Notes under the pieces: model-generated
Told to the model about the DNA's origin: nothing
The model's input: only the letters and a program-made list of their open reading frames with translations
Database searches by the model: none
DNA from: the human T2T-CHM13v2.0 reference genome, Homo sapiens
Length of the DNA: 64,000 nucleotides
NCBI RefSeq assembly: GCF_009914755.1
Contig: NC_060938.1
Direction: 5' to 3' (one strand)
Translations under genes and position numbers: made by a program
Part shown: piece by piece, positions 12,800-25,079 of the stretch
Layout of the letters: each line of letters begins with the position of its first letter
Position numbering within the stretch: position 1 is the first letter of the stretch

Positions 12800-13390
12800 A
12801 CATTCCTTTCCCAGGTAGCGTGCACAGTTTAAACTTCCGTCAGCAGTGCCTGAGTTTCTGTTACTTTACTCCCTAAAACTACGCATTGCCCTTGTTTAAT
12901 CTGAATCATTTTGGTAAACTTGCAGTGGTTTCCCATTGTGACTTTAATTTGTATTTTCTTGATGTCTAATGAAATTTGATGAGTTTTCTTATCTTTTTGA
13001 CCACATGAATATTCTCTTTTATTCCTTTTATTTTAAATAAAAGAATAAAAGAATATTCTTTTATTTAAAGTTCTTGCCAGTATTTTTATTTAGTAATTTC
13101 TGACTTTCTCACACTAATTTTAGAAGTTCTTAATATGCATTTGAAATGTAATTTCTTACATGGTGGCGTAAATTTTCACTTTCTAAATGGTATCTTTGGA
13201 TATACAGAGTCTCTCTTTTAATCTCAGTCTAATTTGTAAATTTTTTTAGTGTTTATTACTTTTTATAAAGTGTTAAATAAGTTTTTACCTGTATCAAGGT
13301 CATTAAGCATATTCTATATTGTATTCTGATAAATTTATTATTTTTTGCCCTGAAGACTATTTGTTTAGGGGAGGGTGTGAAATGAAGTTA
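12800..13390 (-). mobile_element. Old L1M 3' fragment
   Basis: 'cagtttaaacttccgtcagcagtg...gtggtttcccattgtgactttaatttgtattttcttgatgtctaatga' is antisense to the L1 ORF2 end. Confidence 0.6.
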
Positions 13391-13749
13391 TTTTTTAATA
13401 AATTAATGTACTGCTTTATATGAAATTACTTAGACTTATCCTTAGTTGTTTGCTATTTTCTGTGGTTATTATAAAAAGTATTTTAAATTTTTTTTCTAAA
13501 AAAAAAAAAATCCAACAGTCTCATGAAAATGATGAGAAAACACAAGTAGAGTTTACTTCAAGGAAGTTATTGAAGGCCATACAACCACTTAATATAGTGT
13601 ATCCAAGAATCACTCCCAAGTATTCTAATTCTTCCTTTGCATAGTTTTTTTTTTTCATTACTATGTCATATCTGAAATATTATTTTAAATTTTTCCATAT
13701 CAGATTTATACTGGTATATATGAACCATAACTCAATGATTCTTAATCCT

Positions 13750-14335
13750 GACTCTGACCAGTGCCCTATCCTGCTGTGGCTGAGCTGGTATCCAAGATGC
13801 AAGGCAGAGCCCTCTCCACTGTTCCCTCTCCTCTCCTTAAGTGGAAGGAAGGAGTCTCTTCTAGAGCCACCAGCCGTGCAGCCTGGGGTTAGGGGAGGGG
13901 TGATGCCAGCACTTCCTTAGCCACCCAGATGGTGTTTCAGTAGGCAGCATGCCTTGCCAGCCCAGTCTTTGGGGCTGGTTCAGCACTAGGACTTGCCTAA
14001 GAGTTGTAGCCCTTATGGCTTAAACTGCCTTTCAAGTTTACTTAGAGACAAAGAGAATTGTAGCCTTCGGTGACAAGGTTTGAGGGTACTCAAGTCAGGA
14101 TCACTGGGAACAAGCAATTCTCCTCTGGCTAGGGCTGTTTTAAATGCTCCCTCCATGAAAGGTCATCAGCTGAGTTTGGGGTGATTTTCCTTGCTGCTCT
14201 AACAAGATAACACTGAGTTAAATGCCTTCCCCAGTGAACAAAGAGACTCTCCACACCATACTGCTGCTGTCAGGGATGAGAGTGGAGGGAGTTGTCGCCA
14301 GGGGATTGGGGGCACTGGGTGGCTTGGGGTCGAGG
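13750..14335 (-). mobile_element. Old L1 (L1M/L1MA-type) 5'-UTR fragment
   Basis: GC-richer block 'ccaagatgcaaggcagagccctc...gcctggggttaggggaggggtg...cagcactaggacttgcc...tcctctggctagggctg..taaatgctccctcc', typical of antisense L1M 5' ends. Confidence 0.55.
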
Positions 14336-14738
14336 TCAGTGGAGCCTCCTATCCCTCCATCTTGCTCCACCTCCCCTCTCTCTTTTTTTACTTACTTTCT
14401 TTCTTTTCCATTGATTACTTCTTATTAATTTTTTCCATTGTGAGCTTGGTATGTACTGTTTAAAACTTATTTTAATGATTTTCTTTGCAATTTTAGCCTG
14501 CATCCTCGAATAATCAAAATCTAATATGAACTGATAATTTACTTTCTTTCTGAATAATTTAAGGAATACTAAAACACTTTAACCCAGTTCACCTCCTTTT
14601 GAATTATTTGACATTATTTCCATGCTTTATTCTATGTATGTCTAAAATTCAACAAGATATTTTGCCATTTATTTACTCAATATTTCTTTAGATTTACTCA
14701 TTTCATTTTATTCCTTCTTGTATTTCTAAAATTTCATC

Positions 14739-14925
14739 TTTTTCATTTTTTTCTTTTTAATTTTTGTGAGTACGTAGCTAAGTGTATATATTTATAAGGT
14801 ACATGGATGTTTTTCAAATCAATAAAAATAAAGCCACTGTATGATCCAGCAATCCTACTGCTGGGTATATACCCAAAAGAAAGGAAATCAGTATATCAAA
14901 GAGATATCTGCACTTCCATGTTTTT
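14739..14925 (-). mobile_element. Tiny L1MA-type insertion with inverted 5' segment
   Basis: 14739-14812 is an antisense L1MA 3' terminus; 14822-14925 is a sense ORF2-end piece ('gatccagcaatcctactgctgggtatatacccaaaagaaaggaaatcag'). Confidence 0.7.
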
Positions 14926-15158
14926 TGAACTTTTATCTTGATTATGTTTCTTCTGCCTGAAGAACCTTTCTTTGTATTTTTTGCTTAATATGTCTAATGG
15001 TGATAAAGTTTCTCATTTTCTCTTATCTGAAATTAATATTAATTCAATTAATTCCTGAGATATTTGTGATGTTTTTGAAGATAATATGATTTACTTTTCC
15101 CTCTGCGGTTGCTTTTAATCATTTCTGTTTATCTTTTTTTCTCAGCAATTTTAATGTG

Positions 15159-15784
15159 TGTGGTAGGCAGCATCCTAAGAAGACCCTATTGTTCCTAGTC
15201 CTTGATGTACAAACACATTCTCTCTTTTAGTCAATTAAACACTCAGCCAGGACTCCTGTGAGGGATTTTACAATTGTAATTTAGATATCCTATTAGTTGA
15301 TTTCTTATTTGTTGATTATATTAGTTATAAATTAGTTGACTGGTTCGTAGGGAGTTTATCCAGGTAGCTCTGACCTAATCATGTGCACACCTTAAAAGCA
15401 GAGTGTTCTCCAGCTGGTAGCAACAGGAAGTCAGAGATTTTAAAACACCAGAAAGGTTTGATGCACTATTGCTTCCTTAAAAATGGAGGAGGCCATGTGA
15501 CAAGAAATATGGGTGGCCTTCGGAGAGCACCTCCCAGCTGGCAGCCAGCAAGAAAACAAAGACCTCATTCAGTCCTGCTATCACAAGAAAACCAACAAAA
15601 AGAATGAGCTAAAGAACTTATTTCCCTAGAGCCCTCAGACAAACACCCAGCACAGTAGACACCTTGATTCCCATCGCCTTGTGATGCTCAGATTAGAGAA
15701 CCCAACTACACAGAACTGTGAGCTAGGAAATAGTTATGATTTTAAGCTGGCAAATTTGTGATGCCACAATAGAAAGGCAATACA
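15159..15784 (+). mobile_element. MaLR solo LTR (MLT1E-like)
   Basis: Starts 'tgtggtaggcagcatcctaaga', ends 'caatagaaaggcaataca'; internal 'ggccatgtgacaagaaatatgggtggcctt'. Confidence 0.75.
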
Positions 15785-15811
15785 GTATAATGTTCCTACC
15801 TTAGGTTTCCT

Positions 15812-16120
15812 CTTCTTTTTTTCTTTTTTTTTTTTTCTTTTAAATGGAGTCTCCCTCTGTTGCCCAGGCTAGAGTGCAGTGACACAATCTCTGTTAACTG
15901 CAACTTCCGCTTCCCGGGTTCAAACGATTCTCTTGCCTCAGCCTCCTGAGTAGCTGGGATTACAGGCGCGCATGACCACGCCAGGCTAATTTTTGTATTT
16001 TTAATAGAGACAGGGTTTCACCATGTTGGTCAGATTGGTCTTGAACTCCTGAACTCATAATCCGCCTGCCTCAGCCTCCCAAAGTGCTGGGATTACAGGT
16101 GTGAGCCACCATGCCCGGCT
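15812..16120 (-). mobile_element. AluS SINE
   Basis: Full antisense Alu; TSD core ttaggtttcct at 15801-15811 and 16123-16133. Confidence 0.93.
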
Positions 16121-17190
16121 CATTAGGTTTCCTTATAATTTTTCTGCTTAGAATTTATTGAGGTTGCTGTATCTGAAGTACAATATCTTTCGATGGTTTT
16201 AAGAAGACTATCAGACATTATTTTTTCACATGTTATTTATTCTGCCTACTTTTTTTATTTTTCTCATTTTCAGGATAATATATAATAGATCTTTACCTTG
16301 TATCTTCTGTGTCTTTTTTCCCCCTTCTAATTTTAAAACCTTTTTTCCCGCTACTTTATTCTCAATAGTTTCTTTTGACTTATTTCATTTCCATATATAC
16401 AATCTTCTGTTTAATCAACACATTTGATTCTTTGAGTAATGAATTTGTCAACTTTAGAATTTCTACCTTTATATATTTTCCAGTTTTATGCTTATATTCT
16501 TATTCTTATCTTTTATTCTAATAAGCACAGTAAATTAAGTTACCTGAAGTTTATGTGAGGTGTCCAATGTCTCTTCCCCTGTGTATTTGGCTCAATTGTT
16601 AGTGGTTTTTATTATCTAATGTTTACTGTTTTATGTGATTTTTGTTTTGATTTGGTTTGGTTTTGCCCTCTTGTCTCTTTGTGGGTCTAGTAATTTTTGT
16701 ATGTGTCCAACATTTGTTTTTAAATATTTGTAGAAATAATTTTGAGAACTAGAATCATATTATCTTTTTCCATAGCATATTTTTGTGTGTTTTCTTGAGG
16801 AACCTATTAACGCCTATAATTTAGTATTATCTTTGTCTGAAATCATAGATTTATATGTTCAAACATGAGCTCTAGGTTACAGAAAACCTATTCTGGTTGA
16901 CCCTTACTCTCAGATTACAGTGTTTTAAGTTCTCATCCTAAAGCAAGGCAGATCCACCAGCCATTCCTTCACCTTTAATAACACCTGGACATCAATTTCT
17001 GTCACTTTAGTTTTTCAAAATCCTCAAAACAGCCTCTCAGGCTCTTGCCTGCTGAATTACTCACTCCAGCAACTGTAACAAAACCCTCAAATCTGGGTTA
17101 AACTTCCTGGTTCTTTCCTTTCACCCAATTTGGATCCAGTATTTTTTGCTATTTATTAGTTTACCAATGCTATCAGATGACCTTAGTAAT

Positions 17191-17733
17191 TGTATTTGTC
17201 AGGATTCTCTAGAGAAACAAAATAAGTAGGATGTAGAGAGATAGAAATTTATTACAAGGAATTGGTTCATGTCATTACAGAGGATGAGAAATCCCACGAT
17301 CTGTAGGGTGAATAGGCAAGTCAGAGACCCAGGAGAGCAGAAAGTATAGTTCCAGTATGAGTCCAAAGGCCTGAGAACCAGGAGATCCAATATTGCAGTT
17401 CCAGTTCATTCCACTTTGACAGCTGGCACAGCAGAAACTCAGGAGGAGCCAAAATTTTAGTTCAACTCTGAATGCAGGGAAAAGCTAATGACTCAGTCCA
17501 AAGGTAATCAAGCAGGAAAAATGTTCTCTTACTCAGGGAAGAGTCAGCCTTTTAGTTGCATGAGATCCACTCACATTAGGGAGAGCAATCTGATTTACTC
17601 ACTTTAACAGTTTAAGTGTTAATCTCATCCAAAAACAGCCTCATAGGAACATCTAGAATAATATTTGACCAAATATGACCAAATACCTGAGCACCCCATA
17701 GGTCAGTCAAGTACCCATAAATTAAATGTCACA
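17191..17733 (-). mobile_element. MLT2 (ERVL) solo LTR
   Basis: 'tgtatttgtcaggattctctagagaaac...atttattacaaggaattgg...gttaatctcatccaaaaac...aattaaatgtcaca'; TG..CA ends; near-TSD gtaat/ataat. Confidence 0.85.
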
Positions 17734-19730
17734 ATAATTTTCCTAGGTTTTCTTTCTATACTTGAATCTGAAAGTAAACATGATTTAAATTTAAGCTAAT
17801 ATTTCTGTGCTTATGCAATATAATCCAAATTTTTTAGTATGTGAAGTTTGGAACAAATTTGATCCTGGTGAATTTCTATGACTTTTATTAATAATCCTAC
17901 TTACACCATGGCCACCCCTTAATGCTTGGATTTTCTGCATATTCAATGCAATTTTACAATTTCTTGCCATTATTAAATATTCTTCCTTCTTGTCAGAAGA
18001 AAGAATATTCCACCTTCTTACCCGACAAAAGCCTACTTCCTCTATAGGGTCTCTTTCTCAATTTTTGCTTCCTTTATGGAAATGTTCCTCAACCCTCTCA
18101 AGCCCAGAGAATAAATACCATTTTCCTTTCTTTTCATGTTGTACATCTAGTGTGAGTGTGTGTAACAGGGCATGACACATGCACACATATATATATTATG
18201 AAACATAAAATAGTAAATGATCATCTGGTAATTTCCTACCTACTTTAAACTAGACCACTATCAGTCCACTGAAACTACCTATTGCTCTTATCTTATTTCA
18301 TATCACTCTTGCCCTAGAGATAATCACCCTGACTTCCTTGTTCATCTTTTTCTTGATTTATTGTTGTTTTTCCTAAGTTTCTAGCCTTATATCATGCATT
18401 TATTTTAAACTATCTTATTTAATATTATGTTTATAACATAGTTTTATAATGGTGCATGTAGCTGAAGTTGATTTATTTTCTCTACTGTATACTTTTTCAT
18501 GGTGATGAAAGAGTACAATTAATTTGTCTAACTTCCTGTTAATGAAGATTTTATTCACACTCTCTTGGTTTTGATAATAAACACATGGGTGCAGGATATT
18601 TTGGTATAGATCCAGCATATCTTGGGTTAGAATATTCCAGAAACAAGAGATTCTTACGTGAAGGACTTTCTCTAGCGTTTATGGCAAGAATTGAAATTGT
18701 TAAATCTTAGTGTGTACCTATGTTCAATTTTAGGTAGTAGCCGATTGTTTTAGATTATTATTGTCCTAGTTCACACTCACACATAAACCAAATAAGTTCT
18801 CATTATTTTATATCATTGTCAACATTGGTATTTTAAGACTCTTAAACTTTAACCAATCTGGATCATGAGAATAGGAACACCTTGTATTAATTTCCCTTGA
18901 TCTGATTACTAATAAAGTTAAACATCTTTTCATATGTTCACTCAGAAGTTGTTTCCTCTTTCTAAAAATGCTTTTTTAAGTCTTTGGCAATTTATCTGAA
19001 GGTTTGTTTAAATTATTTTTCTGTTGATTTATGAGTTCCTTTTATATTTTTGTGCCAAACATTTATCAATTTTATGCATTGCCAATATTTGCTGCTGCTT
19101 TGTATCTTACGTTTTCAGAGTTTTTGTGGTACTCTGTGTAGAATGGAATTTTAGTTTTCTAATGTGTTCTAATTTAACCATCTTTTTATATTTAGCACAT
19201 TTGTTATGAGTTAATTCTTTCTTATCCTGAGGTCATGAAGTTATTTTTAAAAATATTTCATTGTATTTGTTTTAATTTCATCATGTTTTTCCCTATTTAT
19301 TTACTAAATCTCAAAAAAGTTTTATTCATTTTCATTAAGAAATGAATTAACTTTTTTCTATGGTTTGGTTAATTTATCAACACACTTATATGAATGGAAC
19401 TTCCTTTCCTCAGTCATCTACCATATCTGTCATATATTAGGTTTCTATATATGCATGGCTTTTTCTAGTCTTTCTATTTTGTTTCGCTTATGCTAAAACT
19501 TCATGGCCTTTACTTTAGGTTTTAATAGGCATAAATACAGGGAGATATCTGGTAAACATTGCAAACCTTCCACCTTATTCTTCTTTAGGAGAATCTTGGT
19601 TCTTCTTAGGCCTTTGCTTTTAAATATCAATATTTAAAATCAACTAAATACATTTCTTAGAAACTTTGTGGGATAGTGATTTAAAATCATGGCAGGCACA
19701 GTACATCAACCAAATAATCCATATACTCTC

Positions 19731-20088
19731 TATTACAGTCTGAATGTTTGTGTCCCCCCAAAATTCATATATTGAAACCAATCTGCAAGATGATGTTATT
19801 AAAGGACAGGGCCTTTGGAAGGTAATTAGGCCTTGAGGGGAGAGTCCTCATGAATGGGATTAGTGCCCTTTATAAAAGGAGCCCTTGAGAGCTCTGTGCC
19901 CCTTCTACAATGTGAATACACAGCAGGAAGGCACCATCTATAAACTGGAAAAAAGGCCCTCACCAGACACTCAATCTACCTTGGTCTTGAACTTCCCAGC
20001 TTCCAGAATCATGAGAAGTAAATTTCTGTTGTATATAAGCTACCCAGTTTATAGAATATTGTTATAGCAGCCCAAATGGACTAAGACA
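19731..20088 (+). mobile_element. MaLR solo LTR (MLT1A0/MSTD-like)
   Basis: 'tattacagtctgaatgtttgtgtccccc...gcagcccaaatggactaagaca'; perfect 5-bp TSD ctctc (19726-19730 / 20089-20093). Confidence 0.88.
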
Positions 20089-20293
20089 CTCTCATTTTAG
20101 GGAGCAGGGCAGAGTCCATAAGAGAAAGTATTGCTTGATACTTCTGGATGAAGTATTTGTGAGTGGGTGTGATTTCTCCACATTCTCTCTTCCCCAGGCT
20201 TAGTGACAAGGTTTTGTGTTGGAAATGGAAGAGTGTTACAAGAAGGAGAGTGTTTGAATACTTAAGGATAAGATTAGGAGGATGATTTTACTC

Positions 20294-20701
20294 TATTGGG
20301 AGACAATTCTTCTCCATTGGTCTCTTGCATTTTTGCATGTTTGAAGAGCAGAGGCATTGATTGCCTTTGTCTGGACTATGTTTCCAAGGACTATGTATGG
20401 CAAGCAACATTGGAGGACAGAGATACTCTCATGCTGTTTCACAGGCCAGGCATGCTTATTCTCCAGTATTAGGTTCAGGTTGTCTAACTCAGGGTTCCTC
20501 CCTTTTATGCAGTCCCATTAGTATGAGATGCTACCTGGCCCTCTTTGAGTTGTCCTGGGGAGTTGAGGCAATAGGAACTAAACAAACATGATGTGCATGC
20601 TGCTTGCTGCCATGAGGAATAAAGTTCATTTTTTCTCATACATTGGCCTAATTTACAGCTTGCAAGTCGGGTAAAATATCATACTCTTGATGCTCTTGAC
20701 C
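20294..20701 (+). mobile_element. LTR47-like ERVL solo LTR
   Basis: 'tattgggagacaattct..ccattggtctcttgcatttttgcatg...gagcagaggcattgattgcctttg...gcttgcaagtcgggtaaaatatca...tcttgac'. Confidence 0.7.
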
Positions 20702-21299
20702 TACTGAATTCAATATTATGTGATGAAGAAGTAAATATTTATTGTGTTAAGACACTGGAATTTGGGGGATTTTTATGTTACTTTTGAAAGCTTAGTCCAA
20801 CCTCATATAAAATAGCATGAAATCCTATTTTGTTTTTCCCATGTGGAATTTATTTTTCTTGTCTTCCTATACCTTTTAGAGTCTCTAGTATGGTGCTAAA
20901 TAAAAGTGGGACAAGCGGTACACTTTTTCCTAATTCTAAGAGGATTGCTTATAAAATTCCTCCATTAAAATAATATATGCTACAGGTCTTAATAGATATT
21001 TCTTAGCAAGTGAATGGAATTTTCTTCTAAATTTAATTAAGAGATTTTTTATCATGAAAGGTTATTTTAGTTTCTCAGAATCTTTTAAAGCTCCCATTGA
21101 GATGATTATACATGCTTTATCTGTTAATATGTTACATATTTTCCAATGTTAATTGACCTTTGCATCCTAGGACAAAACCAACTAGGTCTTGATACACTAT
21201 CACTTATGTACATCAATGGACTTGTTTTGATTATAATTTGTTTGGATCGTTTCATAAATATTTATGAATAAAATTTGCTTGCACAAAATTGTTTGTCTA

Positions 21300-22320
21300 T
21301 CTTTTGCAGAATAATGATGGCTTCTTAAGCTAGGACCACATCTTATTCATTTTTATATCTTCAATACTTAGTAAAATGTCCGGCACACATATTGTACTAA
21401 TAAATAGTTTTTCAAAATGCACAATTGAGCAAACATATCCTAATGCAGAAATGTGTTCACAGATAGGTTTTCAGTATTTTCAGCTTTAAATGAGATAGCA
21501 AATATTTATCAAATTTCTATAGTGATTTTTCCAACTCTCTGTTTGCTCAAACCACAGATATGAAAGAATTTTAACACCTGACCATATTAGACTCTTTAAA
21601 TTCTACCCCCAAAATCTTATTCTGATACCTGCATTTTGTCTATTTCCATTCTCCCACTAACACAGAATAACTCACTATCACCTCCTACTTGAGCTTTTGT
21701 AAATGTATTCAAATTGGCTTCTCTAATTTTTAAATTTTTTCACCCCCCCCCCCCACTCCATTACCTCATGTGGTTATCATACATAAAATGTCAAAATGAT
21801 CTTAATAAAAGACTAGTAAAATTTTTATCCCTTCATATCCCACTTAAAACCTGTCAACTGTTTCCCCTACACTTGGGAATAACTTCTTAAATATTACACT
21901 GACCTGTAAGCCACTACATACCCGCATAACCTCTTGACTACCTCTACCACCTCCTCTCACACCTCTCTTGTCTAGTTCACTACCTGACAGACACACTGCC
22001 CCATTTTCAATTAAAATACAGCCTTTCTACTGTAGCATTTCCCCCTTGGCTCTTTGCTTAGCAGACAGACTGATGCTTTAAACCTTAGATTACTCTTTAG
22101 ATTTCTAGGTCCAACTTAGCATCCTCTCTCTTTTTTTTCCTAATTTTATTATTATGATTATTTGTATTTGCACATATCTAATTTTCTAGTAATTTTTCTG
22201 AATTTACATGATTGGTCATAAATATAGAAAGCATGTCTATTTTGCCTACCATTGTGTATTCAGCTTATAGTTGAATGCCTTGAAGTTTTATTCCATCAAT
22301 ATATTTTGTGAATGAAAGGA
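21300..22320 (+). mobile_element. L2 3'-end fragments
   Basis: 'ggaccacatcttattcatttttatatc...cggcacacatattgtactaataaata' and 'atgtctattttgcctaccattgtgtattcagc...caatatattttgtgaatgaa'. Confidence 0.55.
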
Positions 22321-23147
22321 GGATAATGTACAACATGTGTTTTAAAACTTTTCATTAGTTTTGCTCTAATTATTTCTTTTTGAAGATAGACCAACAAGCA
22401 AACAACTGAAAAAAAGTTTTGCTACAAATAAAGATACAATTTGTAAATAATACCCAAAAGCTAAATAGAGAAATGACTAACTGAAATGCATTAAAATTGT
22501 GGATGTATAAACTAAACTACATTAATAAATGCAGAGTATTTACACAACATAAATGTAGCAGATGTTTCTCCTATGGTCTAAGCTTTATTTGCAGCTCAAT
22601 CTGGACATATCTGGAGATAATTGGCACCTGCCCAACTGAAATCTCTTTGCATAAATTACTTAGGATTTTGGGGGAGATAACTCAACCTGTTTTAATAATA
22701 ATAAAAAAAAACTCAGATGAGCTTGACTTAATGTCAAAGTTTTAGTCTTAAGCAGGGCCAAGTGACTTTGAAGAAAACATGGTGCCTGACATTTAGATTT
22801 GTCTCTTGGTCCTGAAACCTTACATTGAAAGACTAGCCTCATACTATTATATTTGAAAATTTAAACAGTTTTCTATTAAAATTTTTATATTTCTATGTTA
22901 AACCTGATTTGGCTATTCTCCTGTAGCATGCATTATCAAATGCAGCCCAGAAGACAGAGAAGGCAAATCAACTAGGGAGAAAGGACCATAGCATGAGCAC
23001 AGAGCTTCTGGAAGAAACATCTGCTCTCCCACCTCCTATGGTCCCAGGCTTCCTCATAGATCAGGTATGCAGAGACTGGACAGCTGCATGCTCTTGGCAG
23101 AGTTAAATGGTGTCACTTTTAGGCTCAGCCTGGAGCTGCATACTACT

Positions 23148-23156
23148 ATTTTTTTT

Positions 23157-23189
<33 letters not shown>

Positions 23190-23469
23190 AGACGAGGTCT
23201 CACTCTGTCACCCAGGCTGGAGTGCAGTGGTGCCATCATGGCTCACTGCAGCCTCAACATCACAGGCTCAAGTGATCCTCCCAGCTAAGCCTCCCAAGTA
23301 GCTGGTTCCAGAGACACATGACACCATGCTCGGCCAATTTTTGTATTTTTTGTAGAGACAGGGTTTCACCACGTTGCCCAACTGGTCTTGAACTCCTAGG
23401 CTTCAGAGATCCACCCACCTCTACCTCCCAAAGTTCTGAGATTACAGATGTGAGCCATTGTGGTCAGCC
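23148..23469 (-). mobile_element. AluJ SINE
   Basis: Long poly-T; J diagnostics 'ggtctcactctg', 'catggctcactgcagcctcaac', 'ggctcaagtgatcctccc'. Confidence 0.9.
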
Positions 23470-24717
23470 TAGAAAATTGTGTGAAACAAACAAAAAAATT
23501 AATCATAACATGTCTCCATCTCCTCGGCCACCTTCACTCATCCCCTATTCCTCTGTCTTGACCAGTCATTATATTCCTAAACTCCCTCTAATCAGCAACC
23601 ATTTACACCTCACTTGTTCATAGATGATGATCTTTTCTTCTTACATGACCAAATCTCAGATTGCTAGTGACTATAAAGTTCTCTCAACTTGGAGGCCACT
23701 TTGTCTCTGAAGGCTGCAATGAATGAAGACAGGAAACCACAGAGCTTGCCTGATAATTTGGTGGTTTGTGCAAAATACAGTGAATCCAGATAATGCATCA
23801 GTGAGCAGGCAGAAGCCATAGCAAAAAGCAATAGGGTTGGTGGTGCCTAAGGGCCATGATCTGTCTATGTCCAATGGGGCTGGGGAAAAGTATTGAAATA
23901 AAACCAAAGTTGCCACATCATTACTGTGAATAGTCTATGAGCATATGTGAAACAGCCATCAGAGAATCTAGAAATATTAAAGGTAAAATGAAGAAAAAAA
24001 GCAAAATGTGAATTATATATAATTATATATGTATAACTACATCAACCACAGTTATAAGAGTAATAACATTAGCTATAGTTTTATATAGAGTAGTTATTCA
24101 TGGTTTCATATATGTATATATTTTAAAACTTAATCTTCTTATATTTGTGTTTTAATTTAATTGAATAAGATTTATTTTATCATTAAAAGGGATATACACA
24201 TATTAATATTTAATAAAAATATATATTTTTAAATCTCCAATATACAACCTTGAATATTTCCCCACTTTGGAGATAAAAGGAAAAGCTTGTCACTGCTGTT
24301 GGAAAAATGAGTCAATCATGGAGAAAACAGCTAAGCAGCTGAGGCTATGGATCTAAGGAGGGCCTTTTTCTAAGGTGAATGCAATGTTATCAAAAACGAG
24401 TAATACTCTGGTGTCAGGCAGTCTGAAATAATATTAGGAGACTGACAGTTGGTACTAGAAATATCTATGAACTGGCTAAGCTGGATTCAATCAGAAAGTA
24501 TATATCTCTAAATTGGTTACTTAAATGGAACCTTTATCTAAAGTAAGGGGTTTGTAGGTTTGCTATAGAGAAAATGGAAAAAAGGACAGTTGAACATGTG
24601 CTGTGAACAGAGTGACTGAATAGAGTTCGAAAAAAGTGTTATGATACTCTGCCAATACTTTACCAAACAAGTCAGATTTTGTGGACAAATATTTAATTTA
24701 ATAAAGGGTTTATTTGT

Positions 24718-25079
24718 TGTCTTTGTCCATTTGTGCTGCTATAACAAAATACCGTGGAATCTCTAGCTTATAAAGAACAGAAATTTATTTCTTACAGTAC
24801 TGGAGGCTGAGAAGTCAGAGATGGAGGCAGATTTGGTGCCTGGTGAGGGCCTACTTTCTGGTTCGTAGTTGGTAGTGGCTCCTTCTTCTTGTGTCTTTAC
24901 ATGGTAAATAGGAAGCTCTGGTCTCTTCAGCTCTTTGTAAGGGCAGTAATTCCATTAATGAGGGCTCCACACTTATGACCTAATCATCTCTCAAGAGTCC
25001 CTCTTCCTAATACCATCACATGGGGAATTAGGTTTCAACATATGAATTTTACGGGTATACAAACATACAATCCATAACA
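24718..25079 (-). mobile_element. MaLR solo LTR (MST-like)
   Basis: 'tgtctttgtccatttgtgctgctataacaaaatacc...ggtttcaacatatgaatttt...aatccataaca'; near-TSD tttgt/cttgt. Confidence 0.82.

Larger units (their letters stand above)
18300..21290 (-). mobile_element. Fragmented old L1ME-type LINE interrupted by LTRs
   Basis: T-rich antisense ORF2/3'UTR motifs ('tctgattactaataaagttaaacatcttttcatatgtt', 'cccattgagatgattata', 'ctttgcatcctaggacaaaaccaactaggtc'). Confidence 0.55.
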
